DNA from: Longimicrobiales bacterium
GTDB lineage: Bacteria; Gemmatimonadota; Gemmatimonadetes; Longimicrobiales; Gaopeijiaceae
Assembly (NCBI GenBank): GCA_965116905.1
Contig: OZ220732.1
Span: 1,440,001-1,504,000, forward strand
Length of the DNA stretch: 64,000 nt
Direction: 5' to 3'
Positions 1 through 9,258 of the stretch are shown one piece after another. The notes beneath the pieces are model-generated. The model worked only from the letters and a program-made list of their open reading frames with translations, ran no database searches and was not told the DNA's origin. Positions within the stretch are counted from its first letter, which is position 1. Each line of letters begins with the position of its first letter. The position numbers and the translations under genes are program-made.

Positions 1-525
1 AGCGATCCGGCGGTGATCGCGGGCAATGGCACGATCGGCCTCGAAATCGTCGAGGAACTCCCGGATGTTCGCGCGGTGATCGTGCCGTATGGGGGCGGCG
101 GGCTGTCCTGCGGCATTGCTTCGGCGATGCGCGAAGTGCGCCCGGGCGTGCCCGTGTTCGCTGCGGAGGTCGAGACCGCCGCCCCCTTCGCGGCTTCCCT
201 TCGCGCCGGTGAGCCCGTCGAAATCACCCACACGCCGACCTTCGTGGACGGTATCGGCTCGACGAGCCTGCTGCGGGAGATGTGGCCGCTGGCCAGTTCG
301 CTGCTTGCAGGGTCTCTGGTCGTCTCCATCGAGGAGGCATGCGACGCGATCAGGGTGTTGGCGGGGCGCGCACGCGTTGTGGCCGAAGGGGCGGGCAGCA
401 CGGCGGTCGCGGCCGCCCTGCGCGGGCTGCCGCGAGTGGAGGAGGGCCCGGTGGTCGCGGTCGTATCGGGCGGCAACATCGATCTGCACGTGCTCCGGGC
501 GATCCTTGAAGGGCGAACCCCCTGA
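1..525 (+). CDS. PLP-dependent threonine/serine dehydratase family protein (5' truncated by window edge)
   Basis: Motifs IAGNGTIGLEI, VPYGGGGL, VAEGAG and VVSGGNID of fold-type II dehydratases; frame is open from base 1. Confidence 0.85.
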   Translation, partial: SDPAVIAGNGTIGLEIVEELPDVRAVIVPYGGGGLSCGIASAMREVRPGVPVFAAEVETAAPFAASLRAGEPVEITHTPTFVDGIGSTSLLREMWPLASSLLAGSLVVSIEEACDAIRVLAGRARVVAEGAGSTAVAAALRGLPRVEEGPVVAVVSGGNIDLHVLRAILEGRTP

Positions 526-575
526 TTCGCCGTCGAGGGCCATGCGGGGTATCTTGCCCGCCGCGACGGAGGCTC

Positions 576-601
576 GATAGTAAACAAAAGTGTTTAGTAT
601 T
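576..601. promoter_or_regulatory. AT-rich palindromic operator candidate upstream of the POT transporter
   Basis: ATAGTAAACA-AAAG-TGTTTAGTAT, 9/10 inverted repeat, 20 bp before the ATG at 622. Confidence 0.5.
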
Positions 602-621
602 CTCGTGACCCAGAGGCCAGA

Positions 622-2097
622 ATGACGACAGCTACGCGGATCCGGCATCCCCGGGGGCTGATGACCCTCTTCTTCACGGAGATGTGGGAGCGCTTCTCCT
701 ACTACGGGATGCGGGCGCTGCTCATCCTTTACCTGGCGGAGGCCACGACGGTCCAGAACCCGGGGATGGGACTGGATGTGGCGACATCCGGCGCCATCTA
801 CGGGCTCTACACGGGGCTCGTGTACCTGCTCGGGTTGCCGGGAGGCTGGGTGGCGGACCAGCTGTGGGGACAGCGGAAGGCTGTCTTCGTGGGTGGGTGC
901 GTCATCGCGGCCGGGCACTTCAGCATGGCCGTGCCCAATGACTTCAACTTCTTTCTGGGACTCATCCTGATCGTCATCGGCACGGGTCTGCTCAAGCCGA
1001 ACGTGAGTTCGGTGGTCGCGGACCTGTACCCGGAAGGCGGCGCGAGGCGCGACGCGGGGTTTTCCATCTTCTACATGGGGATCAACGTGGGGGCGTTTGC
1101 CGGTCCCCTGATCTGCGGCTGGCTCGGCCAGGGCTGGAACTGGCACCTGGGCTTCTCGGCGGCCGGCTTCGGAATGGTCCTGGGACTGATTCAGTTCCGC
1201 CTCGGATACGGCCGCCTGGGTGACGCCGGGGTGCTGCGCAGCGACCGTACTCCACAGCAGATCGCCAGCCTGAGTCGTCGGTTCTTCGGCGGATGCGCCG
1301 CGCTGGCTCTCGCGCTGGTCGCCTTCGGTTTTCTTGTGTCGCAGGGGTCGATTCCGATCACCCTCACGCAGATCGCCGGCGGCCTGGCCTGGGTGATCGG
1401 TGGGGTCGTCGTGGTCTACTTCCTGTACCTCATGTTCTTCGGCGGGCACAACGCCGTCGAGAGGAAGAAGATCGCCGCAATCTTCTGGTTCGCGCTGCTG
1501 GCCGTGCTCTTCTGGTCGGGCTTCGAGCAGGCGGGCTCGTCTCTCAACCTCTTCGCCGAGAACTATACGGACCGCACCATCGGGGACTGGAGCTATCCGG
1601 CGTCCTGGCTCCAGTCGGTCAATGCCTTCTTTATCGTCTGCATGGCACCGGTCTTCGGCTGGCTCTGGGTGTGGCTCGCCAACCGCAACGCCAATCCCTC
1701 GACCCCGGTCAAGTTCGCGCTGGGCCTGTTGCTCCTCGCCGCCGGCTTCTTCGTGATCGCGTGGGGCGCTGCCAACGCGACGCCGGACTCTCCGGTCTCG
1801 GCGTCGTGGCTCGTCGTCATGTACTTCCTGCACACGGTCGGCGAACTGGCGCTGTCACCGGTCGGGCTGTCCGCGGTCACCAAGCTGGCGCCCGCCAACC
1901 GGATCAGTCAGATGATGGGGTTGTGGTTCGTGGCGACTTCGCTCGGCAACGTAGTGGCCGGTCTGGTCGCCGGACGGCTGGAAGCGCTGGAGCCCTCGCC
2001 GCTCTTCTTCGCGGTGACGACGATCATCGGGTCGGCCGGGTTCGTGGCGCTTCTCGCGAGCCCGCTGATCAAGCGCCTGATGGGCGATGTGAAATAG
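622..2097 (+). CDS. POT/PTR family proton-dependent oligopeptide transporter
   Basis: EMWERFSYYGMR (ExxERFxYY) motif, GTGLLKPN, FYMGINVG, many TM helices. Confidence 0.95.
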   Translation: MTTATRIRHPRGLMTLFFTEMWERFSYYGMRALLILYLAEATTVQNPGMGLDVATSGAIYGLYTGLVYLLGLPGGWVADQLWGQRKAVFVGGCVIAAGHFSMAVPNDFNFFLGLILIVIGTGLLKPNVSSVVADLYPEGGARRDAGFSIFYMGINVGAFAGPLICGWLGQGWNWHLGFSAAGFGMVLGLIQFRLGYGRLGDAGVLRSDRTPQQIASLSRRFFGGCAALALALVAFGFLVSQGSIPITLTQIAGGLAWVIGGVVVVYFLYLMFFGGHNAVERKKIAAIFWFALLAVLFWSGFEQAGSSLNLFAENYTDRTIGDWSYPASWLQSVNAFFIVCMAPVFGWLWVWLANRNANPSTPVKFALGLLLLAAGFFVIAWGAANATPDSPVSASWLVVMYFLHTVGELALSPVGLSAVTKLAPANRISQMMGLWFVATSLGNVVAGLVAGRLEALEPSPLFFAVTTIIGSAGFVALLASPLIKRLMGDVK

Positions 2098-2172
2098 GGA
2101 GACGGGGGGCGTCGAGCGGGATTCAGGGTGCGGCGGCGGAAGGCGGGCTGCGAAGCTCGGCCGAGTCCCTCA

Positions 2173-2203
2173 GCCGCGCTACCAGTCTGCCGCGCTACCA
2201 GTC
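2173..2203. repeat. Tandem duplication (16-bp period) spanning the stop codon of the 2195..3499 gene
   Basis: GCCGCGCTACCAGTC at 2173-2187 and 2189-2203. Confidence 0.8.
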
Positions 2204-3499
2204 CAGCCGCAGCTCCCGGAAGTCGGCCCAGCTGACGTTGTAGGTCTGGCCCTCCGCGGTCACGACAACTCCGCGGTTGCCCTTGCCCACGTCGTTGGAC
2301 CCGTCGAGTTCGAACGAGCGTCCGTCGCGGAGCACGACCGTGGAGCCGTGATCATTCTTCTCGATTGTCGCGACCCTGGAGAGTTCGACGTCGAATTCGA
2401 TCCTGCCGGCGTGACCACTGAGCATTTCCCAGGACCGCGTCTCGTCGCGGTCCCAGGTGATCGTTCCGGTCAACTCGTCGCCCGAGACGGTCCACACGGT
2501 GCCGCGCAGGAGTTCGCCCCCGTTGAAGTCCCCGCGGGACTCCTCCGACTGCGCGCCGTGGAAACGGACGTCGGCAAAAGCGCTCCACGGCACCTTGACC
2601 TGACCCAGCGCCGGGTCCGACACGGTGATCCCGCGATTGCTCCGATTGACGTCGTTGGTTCCCGACAGCGTGAGGTGTTCGCCGGTGTGAAGGACGACGT
2701 TGGCCGAACGCCTGTTGTTGCGGCTGATCGCCTCGATCGCGCCGAACGGGATCTCGTACTCATACTCGGAGGTCTCCCCGTCGAGCACGTCGGTGGTCAG
2801 GACTTCGTCGACGTCCCAGGTGATGAATCCGGTGAAGGCCAGTCCCGACGCGGTGGTCAGCGTGCCGTGCAGCCGGCCTCCATGCGGGCGCGCGCCGGCT
2901 GGTGCGTCGTGGAAGGTGATCTGCCTGACGTCGGACCACTCCAGCTTCGTATCGGCAGCCATACCGTGGCCAGGCGCGTCATCGCCGGTGGCCGCCGCCG
3001 ATCCCCCGGCCGAGTCCTGGCCCCGGGGCGGCGTGACGACGAGCGAGCGCATGCCGGGCCCCAGGTCGCTGGAGCGCCCGCGCATGGTGGCTTCCTCTCC
3101 GGACCGGAAGACGAACACGGCCCTGTTGCGTCCGGTGGCCAGGATGTGGTCGAGGTGCCCGAAACGGACGCCGGCAAGGCCGTTTCGGCCGTTGTCGACT
3201 CTCGTCAGGTCGAGCAGGTCGCCCCAGCTGCCCTCGTTGCGGTCCCAGCGCAGGTAGCCGGTATGCGTTTCGCCGCTGTGCGTCAGGACCGTCCCGTACA
3301 GACGGTTCACTCCGGACAGCGGCTCGACGAGGTCGTAACTTCGGGCCGGCGCTGCGGGTGCGGCTTCCGCTGCACTGCGGGGACTCGCCTGGTAACCCGG
3401 GTTGGCAAAAGCCATCGTGGCGACGATGCCCGCAACTGCGGAGCCGCCGATGAGAGTGAGGTTCCTTGCGTCTTCTGCCAATGTCGGTCGATGTCGCAT
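2195..3499 (-). CDS. Hypothetical membrane-anchored/secreted protein with three internal repeats
   Basis: N-terminal hydrophobic helix, then three copies of LxGTv.T.SG...TG.i.WD.xE...dlLdG. Confidence 0.75.
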   Translation of the reverse strand: MRHRPTLAEDARNLTLIGGSAVAGIVATMAFANPGYQASPRSAAEAAPAAPARSYDLVEPLSGVNRLYGTVLTHSGETHTGYLRWDRNEGSWGDLLDLTRVDNGRNGLAGVRFGHLDHILATGRNRAVFVFRSGEEATMRGRSSDLGPGMRSLVVTPPRGQDSAGGSAAATGDDAPGHGMAADTKLEWSDVRQITFHDAPAGARPHGGRLHGTLTTASGLAFTGFITWDVDEVLTTDVLDGETSEYEYEIPFGAIEAISRNNRRSANVVLHTGEHLTLSGTNDVNRSNRGITVSDPALGQVKVPWSAFADVRFHGAQSEESRGDFNGGELLRGTVWTVSGDELTGTITWDRDETRSWEMLSGHAGRIEFDVELSRVATIEKNDHGSTVVLRDGRSFELDGSNDVGKGNRGVVVTAEGQTYNVSWADFRELRLDW

Positions 3500-3706
3500 C
3501 CCCGCACCTCCGGTCCTCTCGTTGCAGCGGTCTCTGGTTCATTTCCTACGGGAAACGTCGGCAAAATGTTCCGCCAACGCCTGCGTGGGTGGTGGTGATG
3601 CCGCGCGTGACTTGTCCCGACCGGAGAATCGGGTAGCTTGAACGGGACACGGCGCGCCCGTGCGGTGCGTCCGGCCTTCCCGGAAACAGGACTGCGATCC
3701 TCTTCC

Positions 3707-4150
3707 ATGTCGTTCTTACGCAAGATCTTCGGTGGGCCCGGCGGGGCCGACCGGGTGGACTACTACGAGGAAGGCGTCGCCCTTGCCCAGGAAGGGAAGT
3801 TCCACGAGGCCCTCACCTCGTTCCGACTTGCGCTGAAGGAGGAGCCGGGCGACCCCGTCGTTCTCCAGCAGATCGCGATCGCATATACGCGTATCGGCAT
3901 GGAGGAGGAGGCGATCAAGACGTACCGGCACGTCCTCAACAAGCACCCCGATTCTCCGGGAGCCCACTACGGGCTGGCATTCCTGCTTCTGCGGCACGGC
4001 GCGCGCGGAGAGGCGATCGGCCACCTGGAGGCGTTCCTGGCCCAGTCCCCGGTCGACGACGAGGCACGAGACCATGTTGACCACGCCCGGAACACCCTGC
4101 AGGAACTTCAGGGCGAAGGCCTGGCGGCGCCGGCCGGCGACGAATCCTGA
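3707..4150 (+). CDS. Tetratricopeptide repeat protein
   Basis: TPR helices (YEEGVALAQEGKFHEA, AHYGLAFLL); ATG at 3707 preferred over the ORF-track TTG. Confidence 0.8.
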   Translation: MSFLRKIFGGPGGADRVDYYEEGVALAQEGKFHEALTSFRLALKEEPGDPVVLQQIAIAYTRIGMEEEAIKTYRHVLNKHPDSPGAHYGLAFLLLRHGARGEAIGHLEAFLAQSPVDDEARDHVDHARNTLQELQGEGLAAPAGDES

Positions 4151-4152
4151 GG

Positions 4153-4560
4153 GTGGACAAGGAGGCTCGGCTCAGCTGGACCGGTTCCGGTCTGGTCTTT
4201 GACGGCGGGGCCCCCGGGGGTCCACAGATCGTGATCGACGGGGACTGCGCCGTCGGCCCGTCCCCCATGGATCTGGTACTGATGGCCGTTGCGGCGTGCA
4301 TGGCCATCGACGTCAAGGTGATTCTCGAAAAGGGCCGTGTTCCGTTCGACGGTCTCGATGTGCGCGCCGAAGGAGAACGCCGCGAAGAGCCGCCGCGAAG
4401 CTATCGTGCGGCGCGACTAGTGTTTACGGTGACGGGAGTGCCCCCCGCGAGCCGTGACCGGGTCGATCGCGCCATCCGGCTGTCGCGCGAGAAATACTGT
4501 TCGGTCCTGTTTTCGCTTCGGGAGGACCTGGAGGTCGATACCGTTATCGAGGGAGCATAG
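4153..4560 (+). CDS. OsmC/YhfA family protein
   Basis: GPSPMDLVLMAVAAC...EKYCSV with the conserved Cys pair. Confidence 0.9.
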   Translation: MDKEARLSWTGSGLVFDGGAPGGPQIVIDGDCAVGPSPMDLVLMAVAACMAIDVKVILEKGRVPFDGLDVRAEGERREEPPRSYRAARLVFTVTGVPPASRDRVDRAIRLSREKYCSVLFSLREDLEVDTVIEGA

Positions 4561-4564
4561 GCCC

Positions 4565-6394
4565 ATGTCCGACACCGTCAACTACTTTGCCAACCCGGCG
4601 GATATCCCGGATGGAACGCTGGTCGATCTCTTTTTCGACACTTGCGAGCGGTTTTCGGACCACGACGCCTACAATCCGGCCGGAACGGGGGGAGCCCTCA
4701 CCTATGCCAGGGTGCGGGACGAGGTTCGACGTGGCGCCGCCGCCCTCGCGCACTTCGGGATCAAGCGCGGCGACCGTGTCGCCATTCTTGCGGAAAACAG
4801 GCTGGAATGGGCACTGGCGGACTGGGCATGCCTGTGTGCCGGGGCGGTCGACGTACCCATCTACAGCACCCTCCCCGCGGCCCAGGTCGCCTACATCCTT
4901 GAGAACTCGGGCGCTTCGCTGGTCTTCGTTTCCGACGCCGAGCAGCATGAAAAGGCGCGGGAGGCCATTGCGCGCGCGGGGCTGGACCTGACGGTCGTCG
5001 TGTTCGACGGTGGGGCGGACCTGGACGGCGCCACAAGCTGGGACGATTTCGTTGCAGCCGGTGACGGTGCGTCGATGAACGATTTCGTGGCAGAGGCGCG
5101 CCGGGCCCGGCCGCACGATCTCGCCACGATGATCTACACCTCGGGTACCACGGGTACGCCCAAGGGGGTCATGCTGACCCACAACAACCTCAGCTCGAAC
5201 ATCTGGGCGACCGGCGAGATCCTGACGCTGGGCAGCAACGACTGCAGCCTGTCGTTCCTGCCCCTGTCCCATGTTCTCCAGCGCATGGTGGACTACGTCT
5301 TCTTCGCGGCAGGGTGCACGGTGACGCACGGCTCGATCGAGACCGTCCCCGCCGACATGAAACGCCTGCGGCCGACCGTGCTGGTCTCGGTGCCGCGCCT
5401 GTACGAAAAGGTCTACCAGAGCGTACTGGATGCGGGCGGGGTGAAGGGGAAGCTGGTATCCTGGGCGGCGGGAGTGGGGCGCCGCGTGGCGCTGCACAGG
5501 GAGCGCGGTGTGAAGCCCCCGTTCCTTCTGAACCTGCAGTACGGGATCGCGGACCGGCTGGTCTTCGGGAAGATTCGCGAGGCCGTGGGCGGGCGGCTCC
5601 GGTACTTCGTGAGCGGCGGGGCGGCGCTCGCGCCCGAGATCAACCGGTTCTTCCTGGGGGCGGGCATCACCATCCTGGAGGGATACGGCCTCAGCGAGAC
5701 GTCTCCCGTCACGAACGTGAACTCGTTCGAGCACTTCAGGATCGGGACGGTGGGCCGTCCGGTGCCCGGCACCGAGATAAGGATCGACGATGACGGGGAG
5801 ATCCTGATTCGGGGTCCGCAGGTGATGATGGGGTACTACGGGTTGGAAGAGATGACCCGCGAGGTGATTTCGGAGGACGGCTGGTTCAGCACCGGAGACA
5901 TCGGTGAACTGAGCAGCGACGGGTATTTGAAGATTACCGACAGGAAGAAGGACCTCATCAAGACCTCGGGCGGAAAGTACGTCGCGCCGCAGGCGATCGA
6001 GAACCTGCTGAAGAAGAACCCGTACGTCGACCAGGCGGTGGTCGTCGGGGAGGGACGGAAATTCTGCTCGGTGCTGGTTGTCCCGGCCTTCGAACGGCTA
6101 CAGATCTGGGCGGCCGAGGCAGGCCTCGAAACCGGCGACGTGGGGGCCCTCCTGGCGCAGTCCCGGTCCCGCGAACTGCTAAGGGACCAGATTCTGGGGG
6201 AGATGCGGGACCTTGCCCGGTTCGAGACGCCCAAGAAGATCGGGCTTTTGAGCGAGCCGTTCACGGTCGAAAACGGTACCCTTACCCCGACCCAGAAGGT
6301 GAAGCGCTCCGTCGTCACGGAACGGTATGCCGAGCTGGTCGATTCCTTCTATCGGCCCGAGTCCGTCGAGCAGACGATCTTTTTGGCGTCGTGA
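4565..6394 (+). CDS. Long-chain fatty acid--CoA ligase (AMP-dependent synthetase)
   Basis: IYTSGTTGTPKGV, EGYGLSET, TGDIG, ITDRKKDLIKTSGGK, TLTPTQKVKR. Confidence 0.93.
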   Translation: MSDTVNYFANPADIPDGTLVDLFFDTCERFSDHDAYNPAGTGGALTYARVRDEVRRGAAALAHFGIKRGDRVAILAENRLEWALADWACLCAGAVDVPIYSTLPAAQVAYILENSGASLVFVSDAEQHEKAREAIARAGLDLTVVVFDGGADLDGATSWDDFVAAGDGASMNDFVAEARRARPHDLATMIYTSGTTGTPKGVMLTHNNLSSNIWATGEILTLGSNDCSLSFLPLSHVLQRMVDYVFFAAGCTVTHGSIETVPADMKRLRPTVLVSVPRLYEKVYQSVLDAGGVKGKLVSWAAGVGRRVALHRERGVKPPFLLNLQYGIADRLVFGKIREAVGGRLRYFVSGGAALAPEINRFFLGAGITILEGYGLSETSPVTNVNSFEHFRIGTVGRPVPGTEIRIDDDGEILIRGPQVMMGYYGLEEMTREVISEDGWFSTGDIGELSSDGYLKITDRKKDLIKTSGGKYVAPQAIENLLKKNPYVDQAVVVGEGRKFCSVLVVPAFERLQIWAAEAGLETGDVGALLAQSRSRELLRDQILGEMRDLARFETPKKIGLLSEPFTVENGTLTPTQKVKRSVVTERYAELVDSFYRPESVEQTIFLAS

Positions 6395-6425
6395 CGGGTA
6401 TAGGACGTCTGGACGGGCACCTGAC

Positions 6426-6758
6426 ATGACGGCTGGGAGCGAGACCGGCGTTGTGACGGTGCTGATGACCGCGCCGGGCGTGGAAGTTGCCGAGGCGGTC
6501 GTGCGCCGGTTGCTGGACGACCGGCTCATCGCCTGCGGGAACGTGTTGCCAGGAGCGGTCAGCCTGTATCGCTGGGAGGGAGAGGTCCACCGCGACGAGG
6601 AAGCGCTCGTCGTCCTCAAGACCCTGCGCCGCCTGGTGCCCGGCATGCTGGAGCGGGCAGGTGAATTGCACCCGTACGACGTGCCCGAACTCCTCGTCCA
6701 GCCGGTGGTGGCCGGATGCGCGGACTATCTGGAGTGGGTGGAAAATGAGTGCTGCTGA
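6426..6758 (+). CDS. cutA: Divalent-cation tolerance protein CutA
   Basis: LIACGNV...SLYRWEG...ELHPYDVPE...YLEW. Confidence 0.92.
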   Translation: MTAGSETGVVTVLMTAPGVEVAEAVVRRLLDDRLIACGNVLPGAVSLYRWEGEVHRDEEALVVLKTLRRLVPGMLERAGELHPYDVPELLVQPVVAGCADYLEWVENECC

Positions 6759-7272
6759 AGTCGAGATGCTCGATCGAATCAAATCCTTCTTTTTCCGCGA
6801 GATGGCACCTCCGAGCGAGGAGGAGGCCGGCGGACCGAGCGCCGAGGACCTCCGTATCGCGGCCTGCGCCCTGTTGCTGGAGGTGGCCCACGCCGACGAC
6901 CACTTCAGTGCGGGCGAGCGCCGACACCTGCGCAACCTCGTGCGGCGGCACTTCGGACTCCGGGCGGAAGCGGCGGCAGAGTTGATCGTCGTCGCGGAAT
7001 ATGAGCGCCAGCGCCGCACGGATCTCTGGGGCTTCGCAAGGCTGGTCAAGGCGCACTATTCCACGGGGCAGAAGCTGGTTCTCGCGGAAGCCATGTGGGG
7101 GCTGGTCCTGGCCGACGGCAAGCTCGCCGCGCGCGAGGACTACATCATGAGGAAGATCTCCCGCCTCGTCGGGCTCAAGACGGGCTATCTGGCCGAAGCC
7201 AGGAAGCGGCTGGAGGAGACGAAAGCCGATCCGGAATCCGGGACGGCGCGCACGAGTGAGGAGACGCCATGA
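6745..7272 (+). CDS. TerB-like family protein
   Basis: AACALLLEVAHADDHFSAGE...MWGLVLADG...EDYIMRKISRLVG; start at 6745 or 6766. Confidence 0.85.
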   Translation: MSAAEVEMLDRIKSFFFREMAPPSEEEAGGPSAEDLRIAACALLLEVAHADDHFSAGERRHLRNLVRRHFGLRAEAAAELIVVAEYERQRRTDLWGFARLVKAHYSTGQKLVLAEAMWGLVLADGKLAAREDYIMRKISRLVGLKTGYLAEARKRLEETKADPESGTARTSEETP

Positions 7273-7601
7273 TCCTGAAGATCCTCGGCGGCATCGCCGC
7301 GCTTGCACTGGGCATCTACCTGGGGCTCCCCGGGAAGGGTGGCCCGGTCGCCGCGCGCGGCCGACGCTGGCTGACGCACGATCGTGGAAAGAAGGCCGCC
7401 CACGACGAAGCCGAGCTGGAGCAGCTGGAGCGGGATCTCGGCCGGGCCACGACGCTCAGCAGGCGCGCCAAGCGCCATTTCACGCCGCTCGACCTGTTGA
7501 AAAGTCGCGGGCGGGCCTCGGACCGACGCCGCACGCGCCGGTACTTCCGCACTGCGGCACCCTCCCGGGGGCGCGGAGGAAGGCGACGGGGCGGCCGTTA
7601 G
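7269..7601 (+). CDS. Hypothetical small basic membrane-anchored protein
   Basis: ATGA overlap with the upstream gene, N-terminal TM helix, Arg-rich tail. Confidence 0.6.
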   Translation: MILKILGGIAALALGIYLGLPGKGGPVAARGRRWLTHDRGKKAAHDEAELEQLERDLGRATTLSRRAKRHFTPLDLLKSRGRASDRRRTRRYFRTAAPSRGRGGRRRGGR

Positions 7602-7621
7602 TCCGGGCCAGCGGCGTTCCG

Positions 7622-7669
7622 GGGGACGCCGGGGACGCCGGGGACAAGTGGACGCCGCGGACGCAGCGG
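7622..7669. repeat. Degenerate ~9-bp tandem repeat (GGGGACGCC) between convergent genes
   Basis: Two perfect copies followed by about three degenerate copies. Confidence 0.7.
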
Positions 7670-7683
7670 CTGTCGACGTCCGG

Positions 7684-9252
7684 CTACGTCCAGACGGTGT
7701 TGAGCAGGACCAGAAGTCCCCCGATCACGGCTCCGAGCATGTACCCGAGATAGATGATCGTGCGCAGTTCGCGGCCCGTCACCCGGCGGACGAGGTGCTC
7801 CATCTGTTCGACAGGGAACTCACGCACCTTGTCTTCAACGCGACGCCGGACGTCGAGACGCCGCACCACCGCGGGTATCTGGGACTGAAGCCACTGCCAT
7901 AACGGCCCGCTCACGGCGTTCTGGAGCCGGCGCGGCGCGTCGGCGGGCAGCAGGCGGGCGGGGCGGCCGATGGGACGCTCCATCACCGCCGTCGCCAGGC
8001 GCTGCGAGCTTGTGCGGTAGATGGCGGAGGCGATGTCGCTGCGGGCGGCCCGAACCACCCATTGCGCAAGCCTGTCCGGGGGCACGCCCTCCAGCAGTTC
8101 GCCCCAGGTCCGTCGGGACGCGCGGGCGAGGCCTGCTTCCAGTTTCTCGATCACGAATGCCCGGGTGGAAGGATCTCTTGCAAGCTCCACGACCCAGTCG
8201 ACGACGGCATCGATGGACTTGATCACCGCGGGGTCGTCGGGGTCGCCGAGGACCTCGTTGATCGGCCGATTCAGGAAGTCCGCGACCGCATCGCCGATTC
8301 CCGTCGCCATCGCTTCGCGTACCGGACGCTCCCGGAACATCTCGGCGATCCGGTCGGCACCCTCGACGCGCAACGCATCCAGCACCTTCGTTACGGTGTC
8401 CTCGTTCATGACCAGGCGGGCGACGACGCGCTGATGGAACTTCAGGTCCTGCAGGAAGCGCCGCAAAACGTCCTGTGTCGCCCGCTCGAAGCGCTTCCGC
8501 GCGGCGGGCTTCTCCAGCACCGATCCCAGCCGGCGAATCGCCAGCGGGACGTACCCGGCTATGGCCCGCTCCACCGTGTCGACCAGACCGGGGGGAAGAA
8601 TGTCCTGGATCGTCAGATCGGGGGTCAGCAGTCGCTCTGCACCCCGCTTCACGTAGATCGAGACGGTCTCCCGAAAGCCGTCGCTGGAGACGGAACTCTG
8701 CATCCACCGCTCGACCGCCGCGGTCACCGAAGCCTCGCGTGCCGGGGTGAGGATGTCGCCCACCGGCTCGGCGGCGAGGAATGTCGTGAGTTCGGCCGCT
8801 CTTTCCTGGACGGAAGCCTCGAAGCGGGGTGACTGGAGGTGCTCCTCCAGCAGGACCAGGCCGTGGCTGAGCACCTCCTCGACGATACTGTCGACCTCGG
8901 GCTTCAGCTCCGGGCCAAGAAGGTTGCTGACCGAACCGCGCTCGACCTCGAGGACCTCATGAATGAAGGCGCCGAGTCTCTCGTCGAATGCCTCCCGAAA
9001 CTCGGGCTGCCGGAAAACGAGGGTCAGGTCTTCGTCAGTGAGGAGCCGGTCGCCCACCGCACGACCGATGGCGGTGGCGAGCCTGGGCTGGTTCTTGGGG
9101 ATTGCGCCCTGTAGAAGTCGCAGCCTGCGACCGCCCAGTGTCGGCGGTCTGTACGGATGGAAGAGCATCCAGATCGCGATCGTGTTCGTCAAGCCTCCGG
9201 CGAGAGAACCGACCACGACCGTCACGATGGCCCGGAGCACGGCTTCGCTCAT
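7684..9252 (-). CDS. DUF445 family membrane protein
   Basis: GGLTNTIAIWMLFHPY...QGAIPKNQPRLA at the N-terminus; RELRTIIYLGYMLGAVIG at the C-terminus. Confidence 0.88.
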   Translation of the reverse strand: MSEAVLRAIVTVVVGSLAGGLTNTIAIWMLFHPYRPPTLGGRRLRLLQGAIPKNQPRLATAIGRAVGDRLLTDEDLTLVFRQPEFREAFDERLGAFIHEVLEVERGSVSNLLGPELKPEVDSIVEEVLSHGLVLLEEHLQSPRFEASVQERAAELTTFLAAEPVGDILTPAREASVTAAVERWMQSSVSSDGFRETVSIYVKRGAERLLTPDLTIQDILPPGLVDTVERAIAGYVPLAIRRLGSVLEKPAARKRFERATQDVLRRFLQDLKFHQRVVARLVMNEDTVTKVLDALRVEGADRIAEMFRERPVREAMATGIGDAVADFLNRPINEVLGDPDDPAVIKSIDAVVDWVVELARDPSTRAFVIEKLEAGLARASRRTWGELLEGVPPDRLAQWVVRAARSDIASAIYRTSSQRLATAVMERPIGRPARLLPADAPRRLQNAVSGPLWQWLQSQIPAVVRRLDVRRRVEDKVREFPVEQMEHLVRRVTGRELRTIIYLGYMLGAVIGGLLVLLNTVWT

Positions 9253-9258
9253 TGCCGC

